A DNA stretch of 64,000 nt from an uncultured Candidatus Saccharibacteria bacterium (GCA_964399075.1 CAYNPK010000003.1:6306-70305); one strand, 5' to 3'. Counted from the first letter of the stretch, positions 26,916 to 37,147 are shown. A program made the numbers and translations. Notes: generated from the sequence alone by a model not told the origin.

Positions 26916-29876
26916 ATGAATACAAAAATTTTTAACAAAATAAGCGCCGTCACACTAATTTTGATAATCTTAACATCTACTGGAATTACTAATGTTTCAG
27001 GTAATACGATTGAAGATCTAGAAGAAAGACGGAAAGAAGATCAACAGCAGTGCGAAGCAGAATATAGTGAAAGCGCCTTAGGAGGCTCCAAACCGCCACC
27101 AATTAAACCACCGCCACCAATTAAACCACCCTCAGAAGGAATAGTTGTGGCACTAGGAGATCCGTCAATGATGATGACACAGGATAATAATGCGTGGAGG
27201 CAGGCCTTCTCATTTTTAAATATTAAAGTCCACGCCCAAAGCGACATTTTGTCACGTGACTTATCTAGTTTCTCAAATATTGGCAGTCTAACTAGAGAAT
27301 TGCAGCAAGCTGGTGGATTTCGCCAGTTAACTAACGTCCTGGAACAAGTCCGAGGGATGAACGGGACTATTCCTCAACTTAGTAGTGGCTATGCTACCGT
27401 TGGAGACTTGGCTCGTATCCCAAATCTTAATCAAACAGGTGATGTTTTAGCTCAACTACGTCACTCGGGGGCCAATTTCAATCAATTGATTGGTGGTTAC
27501 GATAACGCTGGTGGTTTATTTAGGTCTCTTAATGAATTCGGAACTAAAGATTTGGGAAATTTAACTCAAGTATTCGGTCAAATTAATAATTTAGGTGGAA
27601 ACTTTAGTCAAATAATGAGTGGCTACCAAAACTTTGATCAAGTTTTGGGGGGATTATCAAAGATTGGAAATTTAAATGGACTAGCTAACTCTTTTGGCCA
27701 ATTAACTAACTTGGATGGCAATTTTGGCAATATGCTTCAAGGGTTCGGCAACATGAGCAACTTAATGAACGGCTTCGGAAATATCGGCAACTTAAATGGC
27801 CTAACTCAATCTCTAGGACAACTTGGAAACTTAGGGGGTAGCTTCAATGACATCTTTAAAGGAGTAGACGGTTTCAGCAATGCACTTAATTCCTTTTCTA
27901 GTATTGGTAACTTTAACGATATCGCCGGAGCGCTGGGCAACATTAGTAAAATTGGTGGTAATCTAAACCAAATACTACCAGGCTTTGACAACATTGGTTC
28001 AGTTTTCGGAAAGCTCGATGGATTAGGCTCTCTTGATCTGTCAAAATTGTCAGACTCACTGTCTAAATTAGGCAAGCTTGGTGAAAATTTTGGAGGCATT
28101 ATGGAGGCTATCCCAGGAGTAGAAAATTTTAGCGACATGTTAGACACCATGGGTTTAGATGGAGTTACAGAAACTCTCTTGGCTTCTTTCCCAGGCCTAG
28201 AATCATTATTACCTGGCGGATTACCAGGAGTTAGCGGAATAATGGCTGTTCCGGTTCGCGAAGTGGGTGATTTGTTAAATACCACCAAAAGTCTCCTAGA
28301 AGTAACAGAAGACTCTAACGAAGTTGCTCACGAAACTAGAGATCTAACCGACGAAATTAAAAGTCTGCAAATCCAAGCCTGCACCCACCTCAAAGTAATC
28401 CGCCGAGTCCAATTGGCCATGGAGGAAAAGTTTTTTGTTCACGATCCAAATGCGCGCAAGGCCGCTATTACCTTGACCTTCGAAGCGGCGGAAGAATTTC
28501 GTAAATTCATTCAAGAAGGTCGATCTGAATCACCAGTCAACACCGGTGTCAGTGGCCCCGAAGGCGAAGGGGGAGATCCTAACAAATCGCCCCTCAACTC
28601 ACCAGGAATAGAACAGGATGTGGTTATGGCCCAAAACGAGGCGGGTGCCCTCTTCAATGTCGCTCTTATTGAAGATACCTTTCCGGTATTAAAAGAAACC
28701 TTAACTGACGAGGATAAAGCGGTCTTGTACGGCGGAGGCGAGGGAGCAAGCCGAGACGCCAGTGATAATGCCAAGTTTTTCAGCGCCTTTCTCAAAACTC
28801 AAGAACCTGGCAATGGTCTAGATATTTCCCTGTTCACAGCGCTAGGCGTCCGTAGAGACATGGTCCAAACGGCGGCTGAAAATGAGAAGGTGAAATATGC
28901 TACCAATCAAGGCTATAAGGATGTAAGAGTTTGCGAACGTGGTTGGGCGGAAGATCCAGTAAGTACTAAAGAGGTTTGTCGAGGCTGGAAAACTGTCATT
29001 AACGGTAGTGATATCGCCGCCCTTAAACAAGCCTTTAACAAGAAAACCATAATTGACCTAACAGCTGATGCTGATAGCTTCCAAGAAGATAGCGCGAAAG
29101 ATATTATGGCCAAATCTCTTAAGCTCTTCCTAGACCCAACCGGAGAAAATGAGACCCCAGAAGAGAAGTGTACGGGCGCTGAACCCTGCCCAGAACCAGG
29201 CTGGGGTGGTGGTCAAAGCGCCAAACAAGCTCTAGAACAACAATATCAAGAAACGCAACAGAAAATGGAGAATGATAATCGAAGTGGTGGAGGTGGCGGT
29301 CCTGGCGAGGGACCCGGTCCCGGCGGATCTGATGTGCCAAATGACTGGAGAGATAGACCAGATAGGGCTGGAGGCCCACAATTAACACCTGGCGAAGACG
29401 GTCATCCAATAACTCCGCCAGCCTCAACAACGGGTTCCAATGGTTGGCCAAATTGGTCAGAGGATTGGAATAGGCAAGGATTCCGATTGCCAAGCAATGG
29501 CACCAGCTTCCCGGCCTGGGGGAATCCACTAAACAACAATTGGTCAACTCCAGCTAATAGACCCGGTGGGACAAATAACACTATTACCTTCGACTGGCTG
29601 AATGTTGAAATTGAGCGCTTTGAAGAAGTGCTGGGAAATGAAGGGCAAACTAAATTGGAGTGGAGAGCAAACCGGGCTTCAGTCTGCCAAGCTCGCAATG
29701 ACTGGACTGGTAGCGAGATTGAGATTAAGAACTTCAAATTATTAAACACTATTGGCAATGTTAATTTAATTAACCCGGCAGGAACTTACACTCTCCGTTG
29801 TTATAACTGGCTACTTTCCAATTATGACGAAGAAACTATTACTATTAATCCCAACCCAGTGCCAACAACAGAATGA
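26916..29876 (+). CDS. Large secreted repeat protein (986 aa); candidate surface or pilus-associated adhesin
   Basis: Signal peptide; PPPIKPPPPIKPP; a roughly 300-aa array of degenerate 20-22-aa repeats (GNLxQ(V/S)FGQ(L/I)xNLGGNFxxxxxG(Y/F)); Gly-rich C-terminal tract GGGGGPGEGPGPGG. Confidence 0.6.
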   Translation: MNTKIFNKISAVTLILIILTSTGITNVSGNTIEDLEERRKEDQQQCEAEYSESALGGSKPPPIKPPPPIKPPSEGIVVALGDPSMMMTQDNNAWRQAFSFLNIKVHAQSDILSRDLSSFSNIGSLTRELQQAGGFRQLTNVLEQVRGMNGTIPQLSSGYATVGDLARIPNLNQTGDVLAQLRHSGANFNQLIGGYDNAGGLFRSLNEFGTKDLGNLTQVFGQINNLGGNFSQIMSGYQNFDQVLGGLSKIGNLNGLANSFGQLTNLDGNFGNMLQGFGNMSNLMNGFGNIGNLNGLTQSLGQLGNLGGSFNDIFKGVDGFSNALNSFSSIGNFNDIAGALGNISKIGGNLNQILPGFDNIGSVFGKLDGLGSLDLSKLSDSLSKLGKLGENFGGIMEAIPGVENFSDMLDTMGLDGVTETLLASFPGLESLLPGGLPGVSGIMAVPVREVGDLLNTTKSLLEVTEDSNEVAHETRDLTDEIKSLQIQACTHLKVIRRVQLAMEEKFFVHDPNARKAAITLTFEAAEEFRKFIQEGRSESPVNTGVSGPEGEGGDPNKSPLNSPGIEQDVVMAQNEAGALFNVALIEDTFPVLKETLTDEDKAVLYGGGEGASRDASDNAKFFSAFLKTQEPGNGLDISLFTALGVRRDMVQTAAENEKVKYATNQGYKDVRVCERGWAEDPVSTKEVCRGWKTVINGSDIAALKQAFNKKTIIDLTADADSFQEDSAKDIMAKSLKLFLDPTGENETPEEKCTGAEPCPEPGWGGGQSAKQALEQQYQETQQKMENDNRSGGGGGPGEGPGPGGSDVPNDWRDRPDRAGGPQLTPGEDGHPITPPASTTGSNGWPNWSEDWNRQGFRLPSNGTSFPAWGNPLNNNWSTPANRPGGTNNTITFDWLNVEIERFEEVLGNEGQTKLEWRANRASVCQARNDWTGSEIEIKNFKLLNTIGNVNLINPAGTYTLRCYNWLLSNYDEETITINPNPVPTTE

Positions 29877-32008
29877 ACTCTTTCTCTAGCAAAAAAATAA
29901 TTACGGGCCTGATGCTATTGTTGGTAATCACAACAAGCTTAATGATTCCGGCCCAAGTCTATGGAAATGAAGATGGAGGTGGACTACTACATAATGCATT
30001 GGGTGCCACAATGGCTCGATGGTGGTGGGGAGTAGAAAACCCAGCTGATTTTGGTGGTGGGCCAGGGGCCGGGGAACTGATAGCACAATCAATTTTTGGT
30101 AAAATCGCTGATATTGTTGTAGAGGTTGTTGCTTGGATACTGTCAATTTTTGTTTGGGTATTAACCGTCTTATTATGGATAGTTAACGAATTATTTAATA
30201 AGGTGGTTGATCTCTCTGTGCGGGAATTTAGTGACTTTGCCAAAAGGGGGGCAGTGAAGGACGCTTGGACAATAATGCGAGATGTGGTTAACTTCTCTCT
30301 AATTTTCGCTCTGGTGTACGCAGCTCTGGGAATTATTCTTGACCTCTCTAAGGTGGACGGCAAACGCCTAGTGATCAATATAATTATTGTGGCGATGCTG
30401 GTTAACTTCAGCGCCTTCTTCACCCACATCGTCATTGACGCCTCTAATGTAATCGCTAACCAATTCTATGTTGCCGCCGGTGGTGGTACAACCGCTGGCG
30501 GATCACCAAATCTTAGTGGTAAATTCCGAGACGCCTTCATGATGGACTTCACGCAAAGCACCCTTAGCAATGTTCCCGACATGCCACCAGGCACAGAAAA
30601 AGGAGCTCACAGCCTCTTCGGAGTCATTGCTTCCCAATTCTTCCAATCCATAATGGTTTTGGTAACTATGTTGGTCCTTCTGGCCGGAGCAGTGATGTTC
30701 TTGATCCGAGTCATTAAGTTATTATTGGTCATCGTCTTTTCACCCATTGCCTTCTTGGGCTTTGCTCTATCTGGCCGAATGGGAGAAATAGCCCAAACTT
30801 GGTACAAAACCTTGATTAACGAGGCCCTCTGGGCGCCAGCTTTCATGTTCATGATCTTTCTTAGTATTAAATTTATTACGGTGTTCCCAATGAAACCAAC
30901 CAGTCAGATGAAAAGTATTTTACAGGTGGGAATTGGGGAGTGGGTAACAAGTGCTGCTGCGTTAGTTCTAAGCTTCGCCTTTGCTAACGGCATGATGATC
31001 GGCTCAATAATCGTCGCCAAAAAATTTGGTGCGGCTGGGGCAGATGCAGGAACAAAGTTTGGTGGACGTATGATAGGAGGAACTCTGGGTGTTGGTAAAA
31101 GAATAGCTGGAAAAACGGGGGGGTGGGTAGGTAGAAGAATGGCCAATGCGCCTGGAGTAGGAAGAGTTAGTGGAGCACTTGGAAGATGGGGTGGATCACT
31201 TAGAGGATCGAGAATTGGAGCTGGGGTTGGTTCGGCGGCCAGTGTTGTAAGAGAAGAATTTGGCTTAGTCGGAAGTGGGCAAAGAATGAGAGAGGCTCTT
31301 ACAAGCCCACTTAGAACGGCCAACGAACTAATAGCCAAAGCAACAAAACCTTACGGAGTAGAAGTTGCCCCTCTTGGTCGAACCAAAGACCAAGAAAGAG
31401 AGCTGGCAAAAGCCCTTGAGGAAGATCGCAAAGCACAAGAAAGGGCTGATCTCCGCAAGAATGAGTCTGAACTGAAGGCCGTTCTTGGAGATAATGCCAA
31501 AGTTAAAGCAATCTTAGATAAAGTTAGCGATAAACAAATCGCTGATATGGATGTGGAAATCCTAATGAAAATTGCGCCACAGTTAAAGGGCGGGCAAATG
31601 AAAGCCGTTAGTGACCGAAAAGATTTAACCCCCAAACAAAAGAATGATATTAAAGAGGCCAACATCAAACCATTAATGGACGCCATTGCTGGACATAGTG
31701 CTGCTGTCATCGGAAATAATGCCACTGCCATCGGAAATAATGCCACCATCATCGCCACTGAAATCTCTGGAAGGAAACCGGAAGATGTTGCTAAACTCTC
31801 CAAAGACATCCTGACAAATATTGAAGTAATAAGAAATCTTACTCCCCGCATCTTACTTAAGGCAATTGATGAGTTGAGCACAGCTGATCAAAGGACTATT
31901 AGAACTGCGATAGAAACTGCCGTAGCGAATCTTGGAGCTTCACCTCAACAACAAGCAGCTAAAGATTGGTTAGATAATGATTTCGTCGGCAAAACATTTG
32001 GGCACTAA
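29873..32008 (+). CDS. VirB6/TrbL-like polytopic membrane protein (711 aa) with a C-terminal coiled-coil extension
   Basis: Signal/TM segment followed by about 6 long hydrophobic helices at aa 70-380, then a Gly-rich and coiled-coil soluble tail; 4-bp overlap with the upstream gene; lies in the VirB4 cluster. Confidence 0.45.
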   Translation: MNSFSSKKIITGLMLLLVITTSLMIPAQVYGNEDGGGLLHNALGATMARWWWGVENPADFGGGPGAGELIAQSIFGKIADIVVEVVAWILSIFVWVLTVLLWIVNELFNKVVDLSVREFSDFAKRGAVKDAWTIMRDVVNFSLIFALVYAALGIILDLSKVDGKRLVINIIIVAMLVNFSAFFTHIVIDASNVIANQFYVAAGGGTTAGGSPNLSGKFRDAFMMDFTQSTLSNVPDMPPGTEKGAHSLFGVIASQFFQSIMVLVTMLVLLAGAVMFLIRVIKLLLVIVFSPIAFLGFALSGRMGEIAQTWYKTLINEALWAPAFMFMIFLSIKFITVFPMKPTSQMKSILQVGIGEWVTSAAALVLSFAFANGMMIGSIIVAKKFGAAGADAGTKFGGRMIGGTLGVGKRIAGKTGGWVGRRMANAPGVGRVSGALGRWGGSLRGSRIGAGVGSAASVVREEFGLVGSGQRMREALTSPLRTANELIAKATKPYGVEVAPLGRTKDQERELAKALEEDRKAQERADLRKNESELKAVLGDNAKVKAILDKVSDKQIADMDVEILMKIAPQLKGGQMKAVSDRKDLTPKQKNDIKEANIKPLMDAIAGHSAAVIGNNATAIGNNATIIATEISGRKPEDVAKLSKDILTNIEVIRNLTPRILLKAIDELSTADQRTIRTAIETAVANLGASPQQQAAKDWLDNDFVGKTFGH

Positions 32009-32017
32009 TTAAATATT

Positions 32018-32476
32018 ATGGAATACACTAAAGAACAATTAGCAGAAACTTACAGAAAATTACCCCTCAAACTTAAGGAGGCAATTGGAAATATTGATTC
32101 ATTGGAGATATTAAAACGCATAGCTGAACAGTTTAATTTGCACATTGATCAATTAGGCAAACTATCTGACGAGGTTGGCTTGGTAGTGTTTGGTTTGAGT
32201 AATTTTTCTGTCTTTACTGACAAAATTCAAATTAGTCTAAGTCTGGACCAAGACACGGCTCAAAAAATCGCCAAAGAAATTAATGAACAAATCTTCTTAC
32301 CTATTAGAGAGGCTCTTAAAGAAACGACAGGAGAACAAACCCCAAACGAACAAACAGAAAAAACTGGTGACATTTTCGATCAACAAATGAGTCAAATGTT
32401 TAGTTTGCCCAAAGAGGAACCAGCGGAAGAGGCGATAGAAGAAGCTCCAGACCCTTACCACGAGCCGATAGAGTAG
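32018..32476 (+). CDS. Acidic hypothetical protein (152 aa)
   Basis: ORF in an operon-like array; no family recognised. Confidence 0.4.
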   Translation: MEYTKEQLAETYRKLPLKLKEAIGNIDSLEILKRIAEQFNLHIDQLGKLSDEVGLVVFGLSNFSVFTDKIQISLSLDQDTAQKIAKEINEQIFLPIREALKETTGEQTPNEQTEKTGDIFDQQMSQMFSLPKEEPAEEAIEEAPDPYHEPIE

Positions 32477-32481
32477 GGGGC

Positions 32482-32521
32482 ATTAGGGATTAGGGATTAG
32501 GGATTAGGGATTAGGGATTAG
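32482..32521. repeat. Heptanucleotide microsatellite (ATTAGGG) x5 plus a partial copy
   Basis: cattagggattagggattagggattagggattagggattag read directly from the sequence; located between the acidic ORF and the four-helix-bundle gene. Confidence 0.9.
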
Positions 32522-32549
32522 TTGTTAGGAGGGGGTTGGAGATTGAAAA

Positions 32550-32912
32550 ATGATTACTTCTTATAAAGACCTGATAGTTTGGCAAAAATCGATGGATTTA
32601 GTGACTTTGATATACAAAATTACTGACAAATTTCCCAAGACGGAAATCTACGGCTTAACCTCGCAAATGAGAAGATGCGCCGTATCCATACCATCCAACA
32701 TCGCTGAAGGTAGCGCCCGTAAGACCAGGAGAGATTACGGCCAATTTCTCCATATCGCTTATGGATCTGGCGCCGAACTAGAAACACAGGCGGAAATTGC
32801 CAAACGGCTGGGTTTTAATAACTCTCTGGATTATAATAAGATCAACCAATTATTGATTGAGGTGATGAAAATGCTTAATACTTTAATTGGTAAACTAGAA
32901 CCTAAACTCTAA
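32550..32912 (+). CDS. Four-helix-bundle protein of the 23S rRNA intervening-sequence protein family
   Basis: 120 aa; YKDLIVWQKSMDLVTLIYKITDKFPKTEIYGLTSQMRRCAVSIPSNIAEG is a typical family signature. Confidence 0.8.
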   Translation: MITSYKDLIVWQKSMDLVTLIYKITDKFPKTEIYGLTSQMRRCAVSIPSNIAEGSARKTRRDYGQFLHIAYGSGAELETQAEIAKRLGFNNSLDYNKINQLLIEVMKMLNTLIGKLEPKL

Positions 32913-32928
32913 ACACTAGAACCTACCC

Positions 32929-33339
32929 ATGCAATTCCAAGTACCACAATTTATTGAGATTGAAGACAAAATTTTCGGCCCTCTGACCTTCAAACAATTT
33001 GTTTATCTAGCCGGAGGAGCCGGTATCGCCTTTATGGAATGGGTTTACATCCCCTTCAAAATTATCGGCATTTTGTTTGTCATCCCCACTATTGCGTTTG
33101 CTCTGGCTCTAGCGTTCTACAAAGTAAACAACAGGCCATTTATTCTAGCCCTAGAAGCCGGTTTGCGCTACGCTCTGACGCACAAACTCTACATTTGGCA
33201 AAGACAGCCGGAATTAAAAAAGGTGGAAAACTCAACCGATCAAACCCAAGCGCGCCCGATGATGAAAATTCCTAAATTGTCAGAGAGTAAATTGAAAGAT
33301 TTGTCTTGGAGTTTGGATGTGAAAGAGACAATTAAGTAA
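32929..33339 (+). CDS. PrgI/VirB3-like small two-TM membrane protein
   Basis: 136 aa; hydrophobic hairpin (YLAGGAGIAFMEWVYIPFKIIGILFVIPTIAFALALAFY) in the position expected for a VirB3/PrgI-type component upstream of VirB4. Confidence 0.45.
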   Translation: MQFQVPQFIEIEDKIFGPLTFKQFVYLAGGAGIAFMEWVYIPFKIIGILFVIPTIAFALALAFYKVNNRPFILALEAGLRYALTHKLYIWQRQPELKKVENSTDQTQARPMMKIPKLSESKLKDLSWSLDVKETIK

Positions 33340-33360
33340 GATAGATGATACAATATCATT

Positions 33361-34020
33361 ATGATGCAAACGGCGATTAAAAATTCGGCCAGGGCGACTC
33401 AAGACTTTGTTCCCATTCGCGAGATCCGTGATGGCATTGTCATCCTCAAGGACAATGGTCTGCGCTTAGTTCTGCTGGTTTCTTCTCTTAACTTCGCTCT
33501 CAAGTCAGACGATGAGCAAACGGCTTTGTTATTGCAGTTTCAAAACTTCTTAAACTCGCTTGATTTCCATATTCAGATTTTTATTCAATCGCGACGGCTA
33601 GATATTAAGCCATATTTACGGGTTCTGGAGGAAAGATTAACCGCTCAAACTAACGACTTATTGAAAGTGCAAACCAGAGAATATATCGAGTTTATCAAAA
33701 AATTTACGGAAACGACTGACATTATGTCTAAAAGCTTCTTCGTTGTGATCCCTTACGACCCGGCGGTCTTAACCAGCGTTAAGAAGTCCGGACCCTGGGC
33801 TCGTTTATTCCCAGGCAAAAAGCAAGATCAAGCGATCAGAAATCAAGCGGAGCATGACGAGTTTTCTCAATACCGAATGCAATTGGAGCAGAGGGCGGGA
33901 GTAATCGCCCAAGGGCTAGGTCGTTTGGGTCTAAGGGTGGCGGAGTTGGGGACGGAAGAGTTGGTCGAGCTCTATTTCAAAATGTTTAATCCGGGCGAAA
34001 CAGATATTCCAACAATTTAA
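33361..34020 (+). CDS. Hypothetical cytoplasmic protein (219 aa) of the T4SS-like cluster
   Basis: ORF immediately upstream of VirB4; could be an unfused VirB4 N-terminal-like domain (inference). Confidence 0.4.
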   Translation: MMQTAIKNSARATQDFVPIREIRDGIVILKDNGLRLVLLVSSLNFALKSDDEQTALLLQFQNFLNSLDFHIQIFIQSRRLDIKPYLRVLEERLTAQTNDLLKVQTREYIEFIKKFTETTDIMSKSFFVVIPYDPAVLTSVKKSGPWARLFPGKKQDQAIRNQAEHDEFSQYRMQLEQRAGVIAQGLGRLGLRVAELGTEELVELYFKMFNPGETDIPTI

Positions 34021-34043
34021 ATCAAATTAAATTAATAATTACT

Positions 34044-35858
34044 ATGGCCTTTTGGAACAAAACTAAAACTAACCCAATCACGCCGGTTCTCCCTCAAGAC
34101 ATTTACCAGATGGGAACCCTAGAGTTGCGAGATATCATTGCTCCCTCGGCGCTTAAAATCAGCCCTAGAATTCTAAATCTTGGCGACAAATTGGCCCGCA
34201 CTTTCTATGCCATTTCTTACCCGCGATTTCTAACTAGTGATTGGTTTTCACCAATTATTAACCTAGATAAAGTATTTGACGTCTCTATTTTTGTTAATCC
34301 AATTGATAGCTCTATTGCCCTACGCCAATTGGAGAAAAAGGTGGCCGAAGTCCAAAGCCAAATTACTTTACGAGAAGAAAAGGGGATGGTTCGAGATCCG
34401 ATACTAGATACTGCCTACGAAGATATAGAAAATTTGCGCGACTCCCTACAACAAGCTAGGGAAAAAATCTTCGACGTTGGTTTGTATATCACCCTGTATG
34501 GCGAAACGGAAGATGAGTTAGACAAAACCGAGTCAGAAGTTAAGGGTATTCTGGATGCCAAATTAGTTTATCTCAAGCCAGCCTTATTCCAACAAGCCGA
34601 AGGCTTCAAGAGTGTCCTGCCTCTAGCCGGAGATGAGTTGGGAATTACTTACAAACTCAATTCCTCGCCACTGTCATCGCTCTTTCCCTTCGTCTCTTTC
34701 GATCTAACCTCCAACAAGGGGATCCTCTACGGCATCAATCGCCACAACTCCTCTCTGGTGTTATTTGATCGCTTTTCTCTGGAAAACTATAATTCGGTGA
34801 TTTTTGCCAAATCCGGCGCCGGTAAATCTTATACAACAAAATTAGAAATTCTAAGAAGCCTGATGTTCGACACCGATGTTATTGTCATTGACCCAGAACG
34901 AGAATATGAATTTTTGGCCGAAGCTGTTGGTGGGCGTTACTTTAATATTTCTCTAACTTCTGAACATCATATCAATCCTTTCGATCTGCCTTTCCCACGA
35001 GAAGACGAGTCACCGGCTGATGTCTTGCGTTCTAACATTATTAACTTGGTTGGCCTTTTCCGCTTAATGTTGGGGGGTTTAACACCAGAAGAAGACGCAA
35101 TCATAGACAATGCCATCACAGAAACTTACGCCCTTAAAGATATTACTCCAGACACCGACTTTACCAACAAACCGCCACCTTTATTATCTGACTTGGAACT
35201 AGTCTTAGCTGGAATGGAAGGTGGAGAATCCCTAGCCCAACGACTACTGAAATATACCCGAGGCACTTGGGCCGGCTTTATGAACAAGCCAACCAATGTT
35301 GATATCAATAAAAAACTAATTATCTTCTCCATCAGAGATATGGAAGACGAGCTTAAGCCCATTGCTATGTATATCGTTATGCATAATATCTGGACCTCAA
35401 TCAGACGAAATCTAAAAAAACGATTATTGGTAGTCGATGAGGCTTGGTGGATGATGAAGTCTAAAGATACGGCCTCTTTCTTATTTTCTTTAGTCAAAAG
35501 GGGAAGAAAATACTACCTGGGAGTGGCAACTATTACCCAAGACGTGGGCGACTTCTTAAAATCCGAGTATGGCCTGCCAATTATTACCAACTCCTCAATC
35601 CAATTACTACTTAAACAGTCACCGGCTTCTATTGATTTGGTCCAACAAACTTTCCAATTAACCGACGAAGAAAAGTTTCTACTCCTAGAATCAAGTGTGG
35701 GTGAGGGAATCTTTTTCGCCGGCTTAAAGCACGTAGCTATTAAAATTATCGCTTCTTATACGGAAGATCAAGTGATCACCTCTGACCCATCTCAAATTTT
35801 AGCCATTAAACAAGCCAAACAAGACTTAGAAGCTTTAGGTGAAAATAATGGCCAATAA
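34044..35858 (+). CDS. virB4: VirB4/TraC/CagE-family type IV secretion ATPase
   Basis: 604 aa; Walker A FAKSGAGKSYTTK, Walker B LLVVDEAWWMM, C-terminal TQDVGDFL motif. Confidence 0.85.
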   Translation: MAFWNKTKTNPITPVLPQDIYQMGTLELRDIIAPSALKISPRILNLGDKLARTFYAISYPRFLTSDWFSPIINLDKVFDVSIFVNPIDSSIALRQLEKKVAEVQSQITLREEKGMVRDPILDTAYEDIENLRDSLQQAREKIFDVGLYITLYGETEDELDKTESEVKGILDAKLVYLKPALFQQAEGFKSVLPLAGDELGITYKLNSSPLSSLFPFVSFDLTSNKGILYGINRHNSSLVLFDRFSLENYNSVIFAKSGAGKSYTTKLEILRSLMFDTDVIVIDPEREYEFLAEAVGGRYFNISLTSEHHINPFDLPFPREDESPADVLRSNIINLVGLFRLMLGGLTPEEDAIIDNAITETYALKDITPDTDFTNKPPPLLSDLELVLAGMEGGESLAQRLLKYTRGTWAGFMNKPTNVDINKKLIIFSIRDMEDELKPIAMYIVMHNIWTSIRRNLKKRLLVVDEAWWMMKSKDTASFLFSLVKRGRKYYLGVATITQDVGDFLKSEYGLPIITNSSIQLLLKQSPASIDLVQQTFQLTDEEKFLLLESSVGEGIFFAGLKHVAIKIIASYTEDQVITSDPSQILAIKQAKQDLEALGENNGQ

Positions 35859-36414
35859 TAATTTTGGCGAAAACTACGGATCACTTTCCGAAGGAGATAC
35901 AGAAAAGTCACACATAGACCTCGAGAGGAGGAACCGCAACATGGGGGCAGATGTGATAAGAAATGACCGTGGAGCAATGCCGGACAATCAAAAAAGATTG
36001 AGAAGGCAAGCGACCCCAACGAAAGATGAAAACCAGCAACAAAAAAAGGGTGGGCGTTCAACATCGAACACGGACGGCAAGAAAGATAAACAAAAAGAGC
36101 GAATCACCACCACCACTGCGATGTTAATGGTCGGCTTAGCTATCTTTTTTGACATATTAAGCATTATCCCTGTCGTTAATTGGTTTACCGCCATCGCAGC
36201 TTGGCTTTGTTTTTTTATTTGGTTTGCGGTTTTAGAAGTTCGATTTATGACCATTAAGCGTGCACTTCCAGCAATAATTAGCTTTATTGTTGAATTAGTA
36301 CCCATTTTAAGTATCATACCGGGGTTAACTCTTGGTATTATTGTGATCATTATTATGATAAAATTAGAAGACAAAACAGGAATCAAAATACCACTATCAA
36401 CTATCGAAAAATAA
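35839..36414 (+). CDS. Membrane protein with basic N-terminal region and 3-4 TM helices
   Basis: 191 aa; K/R/Q-rich N-terminus, then hydrophobic helices; overlaps the virB4 stop. Confidence 0.45.
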   Translation: MKIMANNNFGENYGSLSEGDTEKSHIDLERRNRNMGADVIRNDRGAMPDNQKRLRRQATPTKDENQQQKKGGRSTSNTDGKKDKQKERITTTTAMLMVGLAIFFDILSIIPVVNWFTAIAAWLCFFIWFAVLEVRFMTIKRALPAIISFIVELVPILSIIPGLTLGIIVIIIMIKLEDKTGIKIPLSTIEK

Positions 36415-37143
36415 ATGGGCAAAATTATTATTACAATCAGTTTAATTTTTCTCGCCACTACCCAAGCAACAGCGACCACAGAAAACTTTGTGGATTTAGC
36501 GTGGGAAACTAGTGCTTATGTACCCTTGTTTTATCAAGGACATAGTCAAGTTGTCCCCGGTCAGCAAGTTAAAGTAATCGCCCTACCACAAATCCAAACG
36601 AACAATAAAAAATTGCCTGATCAAGAGTTGATATTTGAATGGTTTAAAGACGGTCGAAAATTAAGCTCTTTTTCCGGCCAAGGCAAGAATAAAATCACCT
36701 ATATTTCTGATACTGGGGGTAATAATATAATTGATATAATAATAAAGACTTTGGATGGACGGGAGAAAGCCAATCGGCGTTTAAGTGTGCCCATTAATTC
36801 TCCCAAAATTGTCCTCTACGAAGAAGATCCCCTGACAGGAACACGAACCGGCCAAGCAATCAGCGATATTTACCACTTAAACAAACCAGAAGTGACAATT
36901 CTGGCTGAACCTTACCTTTTCCCCACAGCAACTGTTTTAAATAACACTCTGAACTTTGAGTGGCTAGTAAACAATCAAAAAATTGTGACTAATCCAGACG
37001 ACCAAAGACTAGTTACTTTCGTTGCTCCGGAGGGGGGAATATCTGATCATCAAATTCAAGTTACCGCTAGTAATTTAGCTAACTTTATTCAAACAGCTAA
37101 AAAAGCCTTAACGATTAGTTTACAACCAGAATTTATTTTTTAA
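36415..37143 (+). CDS. Secreted hypothetical protein (242 aa)
   Basis: Signal peptide MGKIIITISLIFLATTQATA; beta-rich composition. Confidence 0.45.
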   Translation: MGKIIITISLIFLATTQATATTENFVDLAWETSAYVPLFYQGHSQVVPGQQVKVIALPQIQTNNKKLPDQELIFEWFKDGRKLSSFSGQGKNKITYISDTGGNNIIDIIIKTLDGREKANRRLSVPINSPKIVLYEEDPLTGTRTGQAISDIYHLNKPEVTILAEPYLFPTATVLNNTLNFEWLVNNQKIVTNPDDQRLVTFVAPEGGISDHQIQVTASNLANFIQTAKKALTISLQPEFIF

Positions 37144-37147
37144 AATC

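Noticed and set aside
28511-30435. Minus-strand ORFs (28511-28795, 29119-29547, 29402-29758, 29959-30435, 30904-31338, 31351-31881) antisense to the large repeat protein and VirB6-like genes
   Set aside because: They are antisense frames of Gly/Ala/Pro-rich coding regions; the sense genes have signal peptides, TM topology and operon context.
32482-32521. Considered whether the ATTAGGG repeat could be a degenerate CRISPR array
   Set aside because: The repeat unit is only 7 nt with no spacers, and no cas genes are nearby; it is a simple microsatellite.
35126-36479. Minus-strand ORFs 35126-35497, 35792-36064 and 35988-36479 antisense to virB4 and the downstream membrane protein gene
   Set aside because: They are antisense frames within a tightly packed co-directional operon; the hydrophobic translations are artefacts of the sense-strand codon composition.
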